Shown here piece after piece: positions 52,174 through 64,000 of a DNA stretch of 64,000 bases. The position numbers were made by a program, and so were the translations under genes. Each line of letters begins with the position of its first letter. Positions within the stretch are counted from its first letter, which is position 1. Source of the DNA: Octopus bimaculoides (lineage: Eukaryota); assembly GCF_001194135.2 (NCBI RefSeq), contig NC_068986.1, forward strand, positions 113,529,505 through 113,593,504, given 5' to 3'. The notes below the pieces were generated by a model, which was given only the letters and a program-made list of their open reading frames with translations, did no database searches and had not been told where the DNA came from.

Positions 52174-52407
52174 CTTGTTGTTGTTGTTGTTGTTGCTCTT
52201 GTCACTGGTGACGGTGGCAGGCAAGACTGCTGTAGCAGCAGAGTTTTTACACGTGATGGTGGTAGTGATGGTGGTTGAGGCAGCAGCAGTAGATTCAGAA
52301 TCATTGCTCTTCTCCACCACCTGTCTGCGTTCATGCGGAAAGGCATTAAGTTCTTTCGCCTCTGGCATTAGGGGCGGGAAATCGGCCTCGTTGAATACCT
52401 TAGCCAT
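51165..52407 (-). CDS. gag-like LINE ORF1 with CCHC zinc knuckle; one 385-aa frame after removing a 74-bp duplication plus 11 N
   Basis: CYVCSSKTHLRNTC is CX2CX4HX4C. 51853-51926 is repeated at 51938-52011 across the gap; removing 85 nt joins ..KDITVPLE to TPADFKIIIEKRKKNIIYKTINTKTKTPEKFTQEKVEKCLRLLWSYKTYITRGTKFATIEVKFDSEQRAKDLSTKPLQHENLL.. with no stop (1158 nt including the stop codon). Confidence 0.75.
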
Positions 52408-52625
52408 ATTTGTTTTACAGAATATGGCTAGGATCGAGGAAGATGTTTTTGAATATTTGGAAATAAGGCTCTAAATAGAGCTATTTCCGATTTGAAAAAT
52501 ATATGTTCACGAAGTATTTTGTGTTATACACAACTTATACAAAAATTAAAAAGCAAAATAGGTCTTTTAAGAGGTGAAAAATGCAACTTACATGGGAGCC
52601 GATTTGTCTAGCGTTCGTCCATGTG

Positions 52626-52766
<141 letters not shown>

Positions 52767-53420
52767 CCCATATCAATACCGCTGTCAATTTGCCTGCATA
52801 CGCTATCGCACAAGTATTGATAACCGCTATGTGCAGTGATTAATAATAAATGAAATCAGTACCTAGCATACAAAAACACCAATAACTACCAAATGTTTCC
52901 AGTATCAGAAACGATTATATCACGAGGCGCATCAGCAACAAGAAAAAAAACCAATTTTCAGCTTGCTGTCACATCGATCAGCCGTACTCCAAGCTGAACC
53001 ATCTGACAAAACACGTCTTCTATTCCACCGCAGACGTCTCGTGTCAAAACCGTATTGTTTTGATTGCGTCAAATTAACATTATTTTACTTAGTTTAATTG
53101 TACTGATTATCCCCATGTGAAACAGAAAATACAAGATTAAAATCTATCACCAGAAGCAGCTTTAAGTGGTCTTTTAGCACAATGTGTTTACTTAAGAGAG
53201 TCGTAACTCGGTTTTAAAACAAAGATCGCTGTCGAAGATTGAGTTTATTTTCTGCGAAATCAAATTCACTAATGTAATTACAACTTGCTTGCTTTTGAAC
53301 ATTGCAACTCAATCTTTAAATCTAAAAACAAATTGAAAATTTACGTTTCTTCACAAAGCAATAACAAGCAATAACATATTATTGAATCTTTATATAGGTA
53401 CACACAAATACACACACATC

Positions 53421-53454
<34 letters not shown>

Positions 53455-55399
53455 NNNNNNNNNNNNNNNNNNNNNNNNNNNNNNNNNNNNNNNNNNNNNN
53501 NNNNNNNNNNNNNNNNNNNNNNNNNNNNNNNNNNNNNNNNNNNNNNNNNNNNNNNNNNNNNNNNNNNNNNNNNNNNNNNNNNNNNNNNNNNNNNNNNNNN
53601 NNNNNNNNNNNNNNNNNNNNNNNNNNNNNNNNNNNNNNNNNNNNNNNNNNNNNNNNNNNNNNNNNNNNNNNNNNNNNNNNNNNNNNNNNNNNNNNNNNNN
53701 NNNNNNNNNNNNNNNNNNNNNNNNNNNNNNNNNNNNNNNNNNNNNNNNNNNNNNNNNNNNNNNNNNNNNNNNNNNNNNNNNNNNNNNNNNNNNNNNNNNN
53801 NNNNNNNNNNNNNNNNNNNNNNNNNNNNNNNNNNTATATACATACAGATATGTTTGGATGATTTTGAAGAATAAATAAAATTTATTTGTCTTATTATTTA
53901 TTTTATATGTTTTGTGTATTTTTATATCGCCTTATTATTTCAGTTTGTCTTTCTAATACACTTGTCTGTCAGATCGAGTGATTTGGAGATATCTAAGAAA
54001 TATTGCTGGTAATTGTCTTCTTTGTCTCTCAGATCAGACGTTATTTAACGAAGCTCAGTGGAGTCTCCTCTCACGTCTTGTATATCCAAAATGGAGGCCA
54101 CTTCATTTCAACGTATTTTTCAGTTCCTTTATGCATGTATCGTTTAGTTCCCACAGCAATATATTTGAGTCAGGTTGTCACATTTCTTTTTCATTTATGA
54201 CAATAACTCTTTCCATTTATGGGGGAAACTGTTGGATATTACCCAAGAAGGCATTCAACTCCAGACTGTGAAATTGCGTTCAAATATTGCAGCGCCAACT
54301 TAATATTTCACATATCCAGCGCTGATAATATAATGTGATTTGGTGGATATAACAGAATTTCACCAGTAGGTGCAGTACACACGCGCCTGAAAATGTTTAA
54401 AGCATGAAAACTCTACCAATGAGGGCAAATTAATTACATTCGTTATAAATAACATGGATATATTAGTTGCAATATTAGAACAGGTCAAAATTAAGTTCAA
54501 TCAATTAATTTTCAATGGTTTCTCTCGTTTCTCTCATGATGTACCAGTTGCAGATGTTTTGTAATAGTTTTACTCTCAGTAGGAAAAGCAAGGTTTCGAT
54601 ATTATGCCAAATAGTTTAATTAAATTATTTACGGTGTTGTAATTATTTTGTATCTGTTTGTCCATATAATCTTTCCTCCTTTTCAGTCAATCTTTTCTTC
54701 TTATTACAATTACTTCATTGTTCTCTATTAGATATTCTTTATAGTTTGGCTAAAAAGCGTTCTTAAAGTTATAAATCCATTTATATTTTAAAATCTTCGC
54801 TGCCTCATCTACAAAATAAAATTTGGCTACAATTTTGTGTTATTCAAGCGCTTTGTTAATAAACTTATGAATAAACTTACAAAAGATATTACTATCAATG
54901 TCAGATATAAAAATTATACCAATTTAAGTCTTAGTAAATATATTTTGATGTATTTTTATTCAAATTAAATGTAATATTTTATGACTAAATGTTTCGAGTT
55001 ATTCTTCTACTTCAAATACGTATATTCTTAAATATGTTGTCAACTAATGTTTTGGCATTTGATTTTATATGCTTCACTGCAGTATGAAGATTGGGCAACA
55101 TTATATTTGTTACTTGTTGTGAATGCATGGTAAACCTTCTGTGTCCACTGTATCAGTGTAATCAATATATGTACGCCATAAACAATACAAGAAACAAATC
55201 GCCCAGACTTTTCGCAGTTCTGCAAGCATTAAAATTCAGCAAATCAAATCACTCCATCCTACGTGAAGGAAGAGTACTAAGGTTAAGAGGATGGTTGAAG
55301 GAATGAAAGGAAACCATTTAACGGACAAAAGTACGTCCACTTAACAACAAACTCACAGAAAATTTTATAGTAACTCATTGATAATATGTCTATCCGAAA

Positions 55400-55436
<37 letters not shown>

Positions 55437-55944
55437 GCTATGTGTTTGTACATATATATGTAACGTCCTAACACTCGGTGCTGGCTCTAAATTTCATAGC
55501 AAAACGTGTTAAGATATCCTAAAAGTTAATAAATCGCACTGCTAACACGAAGATGTAATAGACGGTATTGACGTATAAAGCATTTATGTCCATGCAATTG
55601 TATTATGGTTGCAAAACCAATTACTACATCCCTACCAGCAATTGATTTGTAAATATAAGTTGCCCGGAACGTGTTTAACATGTACATTGGTCTATCTAAC
55701 AGTGTTACAAAACTTAACATTGTGGGTACTAAAGCAACGTATTTATGGAAGATAATGTGTCGGATGTGATGCTGACGAGGGGGCAATAATTCCTGAAATA
55801 TGCATGTAACCATTGACTATTTTTCTATGTTCCATCGCATTGTATACATAAACGTATTCGTAGACGCACTATTTATAGAAAATAGTAGGAGAATCTATTG
55901 ACTTATAAATCTTTACTGTACTTGCTAGTATAATATTATTGCAA

Positions 55945-55991
<47 letters not shown>

Positions 55992-56001
55992 NNNNNNNNN
56001 N

Positions 56002-56059
<58 letters not shown>

Positions 56060-56538
56060 GCGTGCACGCGTGTGTGTATGTGTGTGTGGCTATAGATAGA
56101 TAGACACAGACGTACATATATAGATATATACATACATATACATATATACATATCCATATGTACATATATATACATATACATATAAAGACATACACACACA
56201 CGCGTATATATAACGTTTTTCTGCCAACCATTTTTGGGCGAATACTACTGTTGTTTAGCGCCAGGAGACATCGTCTCCAGCTGGCTAAACGACACACGAT
56301 CCGTGTCCTTATATTTTCGGACAGAGAAGGTTAGCACCCCACCCAGTAGAGAGCAGTGTCTGTGGACCGTATGGTTTCAGGATTATTTCGCTTCGTCGGC
56401 ACAGAGCAACTCTTCGACTGAGATGGCGCTGCTAAATACCCGTTCGAAACTATATATAATTTTCTAAGTCACTCACAGCTACTGATCTAATAAAATAGAA
56501 ACATTGTTGTTCTTATTTAGCAACATCTGTTTCTATTT

Positions 56539-56581
<43 letters not shown>

Positions 56582-58422
56582 GGGGGGGTGTATGTATGTA
56601 TGTATGTATGTTTGTGTGCATGTATACAATAGTACACTGTTGTGGAACGGTTGGTTACTGCAACAAAACGAATTAATGGTGAAGAATGAAAGGGGGAAAT
56701 AAAAATTTTAGAATTGCTACGAACTTGAATTAGAATTTTGAGGAAAATTTCCAGATTAAAGAGGGAAGTGAATATTCAAGAATAACACACACGCGCGCAT
56801 GCATGTATATATGGAGAGAGAGAGAGAGAGAGAACGAGAAAAAGAGAGAGTGACTAGGTGAGAGGAATAGAGAATGATACATACATTCATATAAAGCTTA
56901 TTGATTTTAACAGTAGCCGAGACTATTGGCCAGCTTCTCTACGATAACAATGTATTATATTAATGATCAACTGCACTATTAAAGGTTTTCGCCGTGTTAG
57001 TGGACTAAGTGCTAATGTCACGTAGATTTATTTGAAAATTCCTTTAAATATCCTTTTAACGCTTAAGCAGCGACCATGACCTTTCGCGGTGTTTCTGTTT
57101 GACTGAGGACAGAAAAGGGAAATCTTACTGTCTCACAGGAATCCTGGCTCAGATACTTGCAACTGATTAACCGCCATTAAAATCACAAGGAACCAACTTC
57201 AGGTTGTTAATCCAAGTACTTTATTAAGTGAATCACAACGAGAACACGTTTGTTCCGATGACCTTCTACGCAGGTACCGCTTAAAAATTTCATTCATAAT
57301 GTTTGTTTAGACGCTCGCCAATATGTCAACAGGTACAGCACACAAAGACTAAACCTGGGACCAGCGAAGACATGAACTGGACTAGAAAGCCATACCTACA
57401 TCCACTTTTTTATATTGTCCATAGAGAAATACAGTCTATTTAGGACGCGGGTTTCATTAAAATATTGCAGCAGATACTGTTTTACAGATCTGTAGAATGC
57501 GATGATGAGATGCTTTATTTTATAAGAACATTTACAGCTGTTGACACCGGGCTGTTGTAAAGAGTTTGCATCAGTGAATCGTTTAAAATATACCGAAACA
57601 TGTTTTGGTTTCTCTGTAATACATGCAGAAAAAAATTACCATATTAATGAATGATTAATATTTTATTTTCTTCAACACATTCTTATCTCTAATTAGTTGT
57701 TTGACGCTCCACCACTTGACAGGTTAGTATTCACTGGTTTAAAAGTAGATAGCCGACATTGCACAAATCTGAATCAAGCATAAAGAGCAGAAGAAAATAG
57801 AAAAGGACTTATAGTGGTTATAGTTTCCGTGAGGATTAATAGATATTTCTACATAAAAATAGAATACGTGATGCAGAGTAGTGCAATCTACAACAGCCAA
57901 TCAGTAATAGATGAATTTATATTCTATGACAGAAGAAAAGAATACAGTGCAGCGTTCTGTGTCAAAGATCCAATTGTGAGTTTTGTTATGTCGCACACCA
58001 TCGAAGTTCATTCCCCACCACAAAGGCCAGGCGTGAAACGTTAAATAGTTTTTACAATAGAATACTAAGCCATTGATTTATTTGTATTCTTTGTATTATA
58101 TTATTTCATGCATATTCTGCAGCCAAAGCGGTGAGCCGACAGATATGTGAGCGCACCTGAAAAAATGCTATCAGGCATTTCTTCAAAGTTTTTCTTTTCA
58201 GTTCAAATACCGCTGTAGTCAATTTTGCCAGTCATGTAGTGTTGAGGTGTTGCCATATCTTTTATACTTGACAGCACCAACCATTTCGAATTTGAAGTTC
58301 GACTGTTAAAGTACATAAGTCGGTCAGTCACATGCTTATGTTTTTACTAGCTAATCTCTGGTATTCATACGACAATGCAATATCTTGTGTATAATTTCTA
58401 TCATATAACATACTTCACATAC

Positions 58423-58487
58423 ATCGCAAAAGAAATAAAGGCTGGGACCAATACCAGCAGCAAGACAAACGGAGACAACACATCTAG
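58423..58487 (-). CDS. Candidate short exon on the minus strand
   Basis: Acceptor AATTTTATTTCTAG|CTAG, donor GAT|GTATGT. One frame reads DVLSPFVLLLVLVPAFISFA (signal-peptide or TM-like), another RCVVSVCLAAGIGPSLYFFCD. Confidence 0.25.
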
Positions 58488-58666
58488 CTAGAAATAAAAT
58501 TACGTTTGCACTGATTTGGCCATTCATATATATATATAAATATATATATCTATACAGAAAGCGAGAGAGAAACGAAAGGATCCACACATATGTACATGCA
58601 CACACAGACATGCACACACACACATACACACACACGCACATACACATGCACACACACATATATATT

Positions 58667-58712
<46 letters not shown>

Positions 58713-60077
58713 NNNNNNNNNNNNNNNNNNNNNNNNNNNNNNNNNNNNNNNNNNNNNNNNNNNNNNNNNNNNNNNNNNNNNNNNNNNNNNNNNNNNNNNN
58801 NNNNNNNNNNNNNNNNNNNNNNNNNNNNNNNNNNNNNNNNNNNNNNNNNNNNNNNNNNNNNNNNNNNNNNNNNNNNNNNNNNNNNNNNNNNNNNNNNNNN
58901 NNNNNNNNNNNNNNNNNNNNNNNTATATATAGATATATATATATTTACAATAGAGCCAACGATACGCGGAATGGCGAAACATTTGACCAGCACTAGTATA
59001 GTATAATTGGTTTGAGTTGTGAATTTCCAGCAGACAGGATAGGCTTTTAATTTAGTTTAGTGTTGTTTGATGAAGAATTCTCTGTATATTCGTATATAGA
59101 ACCAGAACGAAGGTGTCTTAGTACATTCTCATTACTTTATACTTATCTAAAAATGTTTAGATGTTAGAATTAAATTAATATAATCTTTCAACGAATTATA
59201 AATGTATAAAGATATCAAATGTTTATTTCTTTTTCTAGCCAACCGTTTGAAAATAGAGTTCCGTTAGAAATTCCAAAGAGTGTTATCGACTACCATTCGG
59301 ACACACATATACACAGAGAAACACGTACATATAAACACATTCTTATAGATACGCATACATATACAGAAATTAGTGATATTTTGAATATATTTATTGACTG
59401 CGTATATAAAGTCAGACTATTTATATACGTCTGTTTATAGTGTTAGTTAATAACCTATCAATACGTTCGGTAGAAGTGTACTCACATACACACAGACTCA
59501 CTCACATACACGTGCGCATATTTGAATACATGGATGTACGTTTATGCGTGTGAGTATGTATTGTAATTCGTTACAATAGGCCATATGTTTCGCTGTCGTT
59601 ATATATAATTCAATAATCTTTGCCCTTGATTTTCGCTTTCAATCTGTTATGATCATGCATAGATCTGCTTTTACATATATCGTGTAAACATCATTCCTTG
59701 TAGAACGAACTCCATAGTTTTATTTAATTCCCTTTGTTAACCACCATAAATTACAACACAGTTGTTTCTTGTCAACCCTAAATTTTCAGACTTTTGTTAT
59801 TTACCAGGTTATTTTTTCAAGACCTTCTAATAGTTTTACATAAAATGTATTTTAAACAGTTTACTTAATTAGCTACCTTGCTTCCATTTCTCTACGTAGC
59901 TGATTTTATCCTTATTTAAGATTTTATAGTTAACTAACCTCTACCGATATTTCAAGCAGGTATTTTTTGGCATGTTATTTCTTTTATATCTTCGTTGCTA
60001 TTTCATTGAAATTAATTTGCCGTCCACTTTACACAGTAAATACATTACACCTCCCATGGCAGTCACATTTCATTATA

Positions 60078-60187
60078 GTCTTCTTCTTCTTCTTCTTTTT
60101 CTTCTTCTTCTTCTTCTTCTTCTTTTTCTTCTTCTTCTTCTTCTTCTTCTTCTTCTTCTTCTTCTTCTTCTTCTTCTTCTTCTTCTT

Positions 60188-60244
<57 letters not shown>

Positions 60245-60245
60245 T
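60078..60245. repeat. (CTT)n switching to (CTA)n
   Basis: Directly visible; source of the poly-F/Y/L ORFs. Confidence 0.97.
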
Positions 60246-60559
60246 TTCTTCTGCATCACTTCTTTTTCTTGCTTTTTTTCTTCTTTCTCACTTTGTTCTC
60301 TCTGTCATTTGACCCTCGTTATATTTTTTAGATCTTGTGACCTTACACACACCACACATATACAAACACTCACTCTAGCACACTGACAGACCCACACATA
60401 AACAAATAAACATAAACATTCATACTGTGTCACTCATTTCGCCGCTATTCTACAGGTCTATCAATTAATTTAAACTCTAATTCAGATTAATGATTTTCAT
60501 ATCAGCCTGAACATTCACGATCGGAACGTAGCGGTAATCTATGAGTAAATATTTTGAAT

Positions 60560-61200
60560 AAAATAAAAGGTTTTTACGTGATTATTTGAAGGACTATTTG
60601 GTTGATGTTACTGATATCATTTCTCCATACTGTTACTAGTTAGTGGTGAATTCTATACTTTAAGAGGTGGTTTGTACAGAGATGATGGCCTGTTTGTTAT
60701 GTCTAGTGTTTTCGCCACTATACGGACGAATTTAGGTAGAATTTCGTTCTCTTCCTCAACGACATTAGTTTTTTTCTATAATATTAGTCATGTATCAATC
60801 ACTTGGGATTTTCTCCGATATTACCCGGAATCGTATTCAAACATTATGCTACCTAATTAGAAAACTTATTGAAATCTCTAATTTCAAAAATAAGTTTTCA
60901 AACCATCTTAAAAATGAAAGTTAAATTATTAGAAATATATCTAAGATTTTCTTGTTTGTCAGCTAACGAGCGAAGTTTTAATTACCTCTTAAATCCTATT
61001 CTATCGAAAGATAGATTTGCTGTAAATTAGGAATATGTTCAGTACGACGAAGAAGCTAAATATAAATCTGGGAATATTTCGAATAATTCACTAGTTAATA
61101 TGACAGTCAAGAAACATTTTCCTAAATATCATAGGTATTGTATGATTTGTAATAGTAATACTATTTAATCATCTTACTCCACGGCTTGGAACTACACTCA
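60560..61200 (+). mobile_element. Decayed Penelope-like element RT fragment
   Basis: GGLYRDDGL at 60666-60692 (RT motif C variant typical of Penelope-like elements) and KKHFPKYHRYCMICNSNTI*SSYS at ~61109-61180 (cf. KHFP..H..KIFNRNT.K.SYS linker before the GIY-YIG domain). Confidence 0.75.
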
Positions 61201-61654
61201 GAATTGATATCTTCGAATGCATCTAAATTAGCAGGAATTAATATCAGTGCTGCAAGTGATGTTGGTAAACACGATGCAATTCTTATTCGCGTTATTAAGT
61301 AATTTTATCTTTAGGATTAGCCAATTCACAAACTAGTGTGTACATGTATGTTTAACATCCCTACCCGAAGCGAATCAATAAGCTCACGCCAGTCGATTTA
61401 TGGTCAGCTATCAGATAAACAATCGTACATTTCAGCATATTTGTGTGTTTCTTATGTGCATGAGTACGAAGATGGGTGAGTGGTATGTGAATTGCGTGTG
61501 TGAATGTTTGTGCACATATTCACATTGTTGAATTAAATTAAGTTAGATTTCCGATTAGAACAGCAGTAGATGACGTGTATATTTGTGTGTACAAAGTTTC
61601 ACCTTGATTGCATTTGGATTAAATTAAAATAGAAAAAGTAAAGTGTAAAGATCC

Positions 61655-61945
61655 CCTTCGAACATTGACTTGCACCAACAAAGTTATTCTCCAGGACACA
61701 AGTGGGACAAGGTTGCATATGGAAGATCAGCATCGCCCATGCACACCAACTCTCCCTTCTCCACGCCACCGATGTTATCCAGGAGAAAAGCAAAGGCCGA
61801 TACAGCTTGGCAATGCAACTCATTTCTACAACTGAGTGAAGTGGAGCAATGTGAAATAAAGTGACTTGCTCAAGAACAAAACACACAGCTCGGTCCGGGC
61901 ATCGAACTCTCTATTTCATGGTTGTGAGCTCGACGTACTTATGCA
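61655..61945 (-). mobile_element. tRNA-derived SINE, family C, with CORE/Meta-like central domain
   Basis: Minus strand GAGAGTTCGATGCCCGGACC (B-box) followed by GTTCTTGAGCAAGTCACTTTATTTCACATTGCTCCACTTCACTCAG. Confidence 0.75.
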
Positions 61946-61956
61946 TATACACTTTC

Positions 61957-61996
<40 letters not shown>

Positions 61997-62105
61997 TGTG
62001 TGTGTGTGTGTATGCATGTATGTGTGTGTGTAATATATAACAGCCATGATTGATCGCTAGCCACTAAACCTTTTTTATTTTCTTTCTCTGTTTATTTCTG
62101 TGTTC

Positions 62106-62141
62106 CTTTGTGTTGAAGAGCGTAGGCTCGAAACGTAAAAG
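62106..62141 (+). ncRNA. Degenerate hammerhead-like scaffold within a probable Penelope-type terminal repeat (~62045-62215)
   Basis: CTTT-GTGTTGA-A-GAGC-gtag-GCTC-GAAA-CG-TA-AAAG: stems I and II, GAAA, ACGT helix III and GUA triplet are all present, but the CUGANGA core reads GUGUUGA. Confidence 0.4.
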
Positions 62142-63085
62142 ACTTTCTCACTTCCCAAGCTTTGAATCAATACATCTGTTCGTTGTTTACACACCCATCT
62201 TCGTCTTTTTTCTTTTTTTTCTTTTGAGTGAAATGCTACTATATATAACATTATTTCTGTAAAACTAGTTGAATGGGAGAAATTTTGTTTTAAAGTTTTC
62301 TGTATCATGCTTTCATTGTCGGTTAAATACGCACAGCATATTTTGTGTTATTGCTTCATTGCATGTTGAACCAAATAATATCTATCTTCGATTCAAAACA
62401 CCGTGCAATCATTCTTGGCAAATGTAAGGTATCTGAAACCAAAATATATCCCAGACAACTGCTTATTAAAAGGATAAACACTACTTCATTCTAGAACAAA
62501 TAGCAGGGTGCAGATTAATGTCATCGTTTATTTAGTTTATGTATGCTTCAGACGAGTATTTTTTGTCACCACCGTTGACAACATAGACCAATCAACTGCA
62601 TGCGGCACAAGAAGCATAATCTTTCCACCTGGAAACAAAACAAGAACAGAAAAGCTATCGTGAGTGACACTAAACTAATTTTACAAATTGAAGCTAAATC
62701 TCTCGTACATAACATAAAGATCAATGAAAGAATCACCATGTGGTTGCTGAGGAGGCTTCAGGTGGTGTCTTAAAATGATCAGAATACCAAAGGAATTTTC
62801 CTTTTACAACATAGTGCCTTTTAGACAGAGGATTCTCTGCTGATGATCCTTGGTACATTGTATCACGAGATGTGCAACATGGTCATCTTTTAAATAACAT
62901 TCACTTTATATTTACTCAATAAATTTTGTTTGAATCCAAACGACAATAAGAGGTATATAGACACATCGGCAACTACAACAAGCTAAAATCGTACCATTTG
63001 TCGCTCTACCATTTTCCAGCACTGCGAGATTTTTTTCTTTCTTTCTTTTTTTTATTTTAAAATATAGGAAGGAGGAATTTCAACC

Positions 63086-64000
63086 ATGTTTCGTGGTCTG
63101 CTACCACAACAGCTCCTTTATAGGATCCAGTTAGCTCAAGACATCATCAGGAGAAACCACGTCCGGTTTCGGCCCCTACTCCTCTACCGTTTTGACGTGG
63201 CGGGGCCACCCCCTTTCGGAGGTGTCTTTAGCTCTGGTGTTGGGTGCATGTCTTCTTTCACTGTTCTCGTTCAACTGTGGAATGTCCCTCGCTATGGTTA
63301 TTTTCCAGGAGGTTCTGGCCACACGTCTTACGGTTCATCAACCCGCGCTGTTGAATTACTTTCTTCTGACATACCTTCCCTTGGTGGATTGGGATCCATT
63401 TAGCTCAAGACATCATCAGGAGGAACCACGTCCGGTTTCGGTCCCTATTCCTCTACCGTTTTGACGTGGCGGGGCCCCCCTTTCGGAGGTGTCTTCAGCT
63501 CTGGTGTCGGATGCATGTCTTCTTTCTGCTATTCCCTGGCCTCTTCGATGCAGCATCAACGAGTGTCAGTGTCGGACTGATTGTCTTGTCAAGTTCCCCT
63601 TTTTTATACCTGCTGCTAGGCTCCAGCAGGCTGCCCCAGCAAGTTGTCACGTGACACTGTCTAAATTTCCCGCTGCTAAGGTCCAGTAGGCAGTCCCAGC
63701 AAGTTGTCACATGACACTGTCTGAACTTTAACTGACAATGGAGGGTGCGAAGCCACTTCAGTGTCAGCCTGTCTCACCTAGACATGTTATGACTTTGAAG
63801 CCATATTCGGTCTTCCCGCTTCAGCCATATATAGAAGCTGGCTTTTTCGACCGCCTCCTGTATCCTCCTTATCGGTTTTCTCAGTTCCGAGCTTGAAAAC
63901 GCAAATCTTCTCTTGAATAGCGTTGTCATTTTTCTTTCAATGAAGCCCCTAGCCCCCACTGCCAGATGGTAATACTCGACAGTCCATCCCTGTTCTCTGC
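63086..64000 (-). mobile_element. 3' end of a Hero/R2-group RLE non-LTR retrotransposon with a long GC-rich 3' region
   Basis: REQGWTVEYYHLAVGARGFIERK..IRRIQEAVEKASFYIWLKRED (stop at 63774) matches the GW..VG.RGF..AE.AS.W.W C-terminus of Hero-type RLE proteins. The ORF continues beyond the window end. Confidence 0.75.

Noticed and set aside
55526-55813. mariner-like HIRHIIFHKY
   Set aside because: One weak motif with no colinear support.
63397-63527. Canonical hammerhead in the duplicated module
   Set aside because: CTGATGA/CTGAAGA and GAAA are present, but the helix order and the required UH after helix III do not fit type I, II or III; kept only as an unclassified structured element.

Overview
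Eukaryotic, AT-rich, non-coding-dominated DNA from a gapped draft assembly (about 19 N-runs, most next to (TA)n, (CA)n or (TACA)n tracts). The very high microsatellite load and the tRNA-derived SINE families resemble those I recall from octopus genomes, so an octopod cephalopod is my inference; nothing here proves the species. There are no prokaryotic features, CRISPR arrays, rRNA genes or intact tRNA genes. Almost all ORFs in the supplied track are microsatellite translations or run through N gaps. Recognisable coding material is transposon-derived: two L1/Tx1-type RT remnants, a Tx1-like gag/ORF1 that becomes an intact 385-aa frame once a gap-flanking duplication is collapsed, four R4/Dong-like RLE-LINE fragments, the 3' end of a Hero-like RLE-LINE, a Penelope RT remnant, a Gypsy remnant, a hAT transposase remnant, one TIR-bounded mariner and one internally deleted Tc1/mariner. 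At least three SINE families are present in many copies. No host gene could be named; several low-confidence exon candidates and two promoter-like motif clusters were found. The most notable structures are four hammerhead-ribozyme-like scaffolds (two in opposite orientation within a ~500-bp foldback element, one in a tail apparently tied to a tRNA-headed SINE, one degenerate) and the stand-alone intact gag-like ORF.
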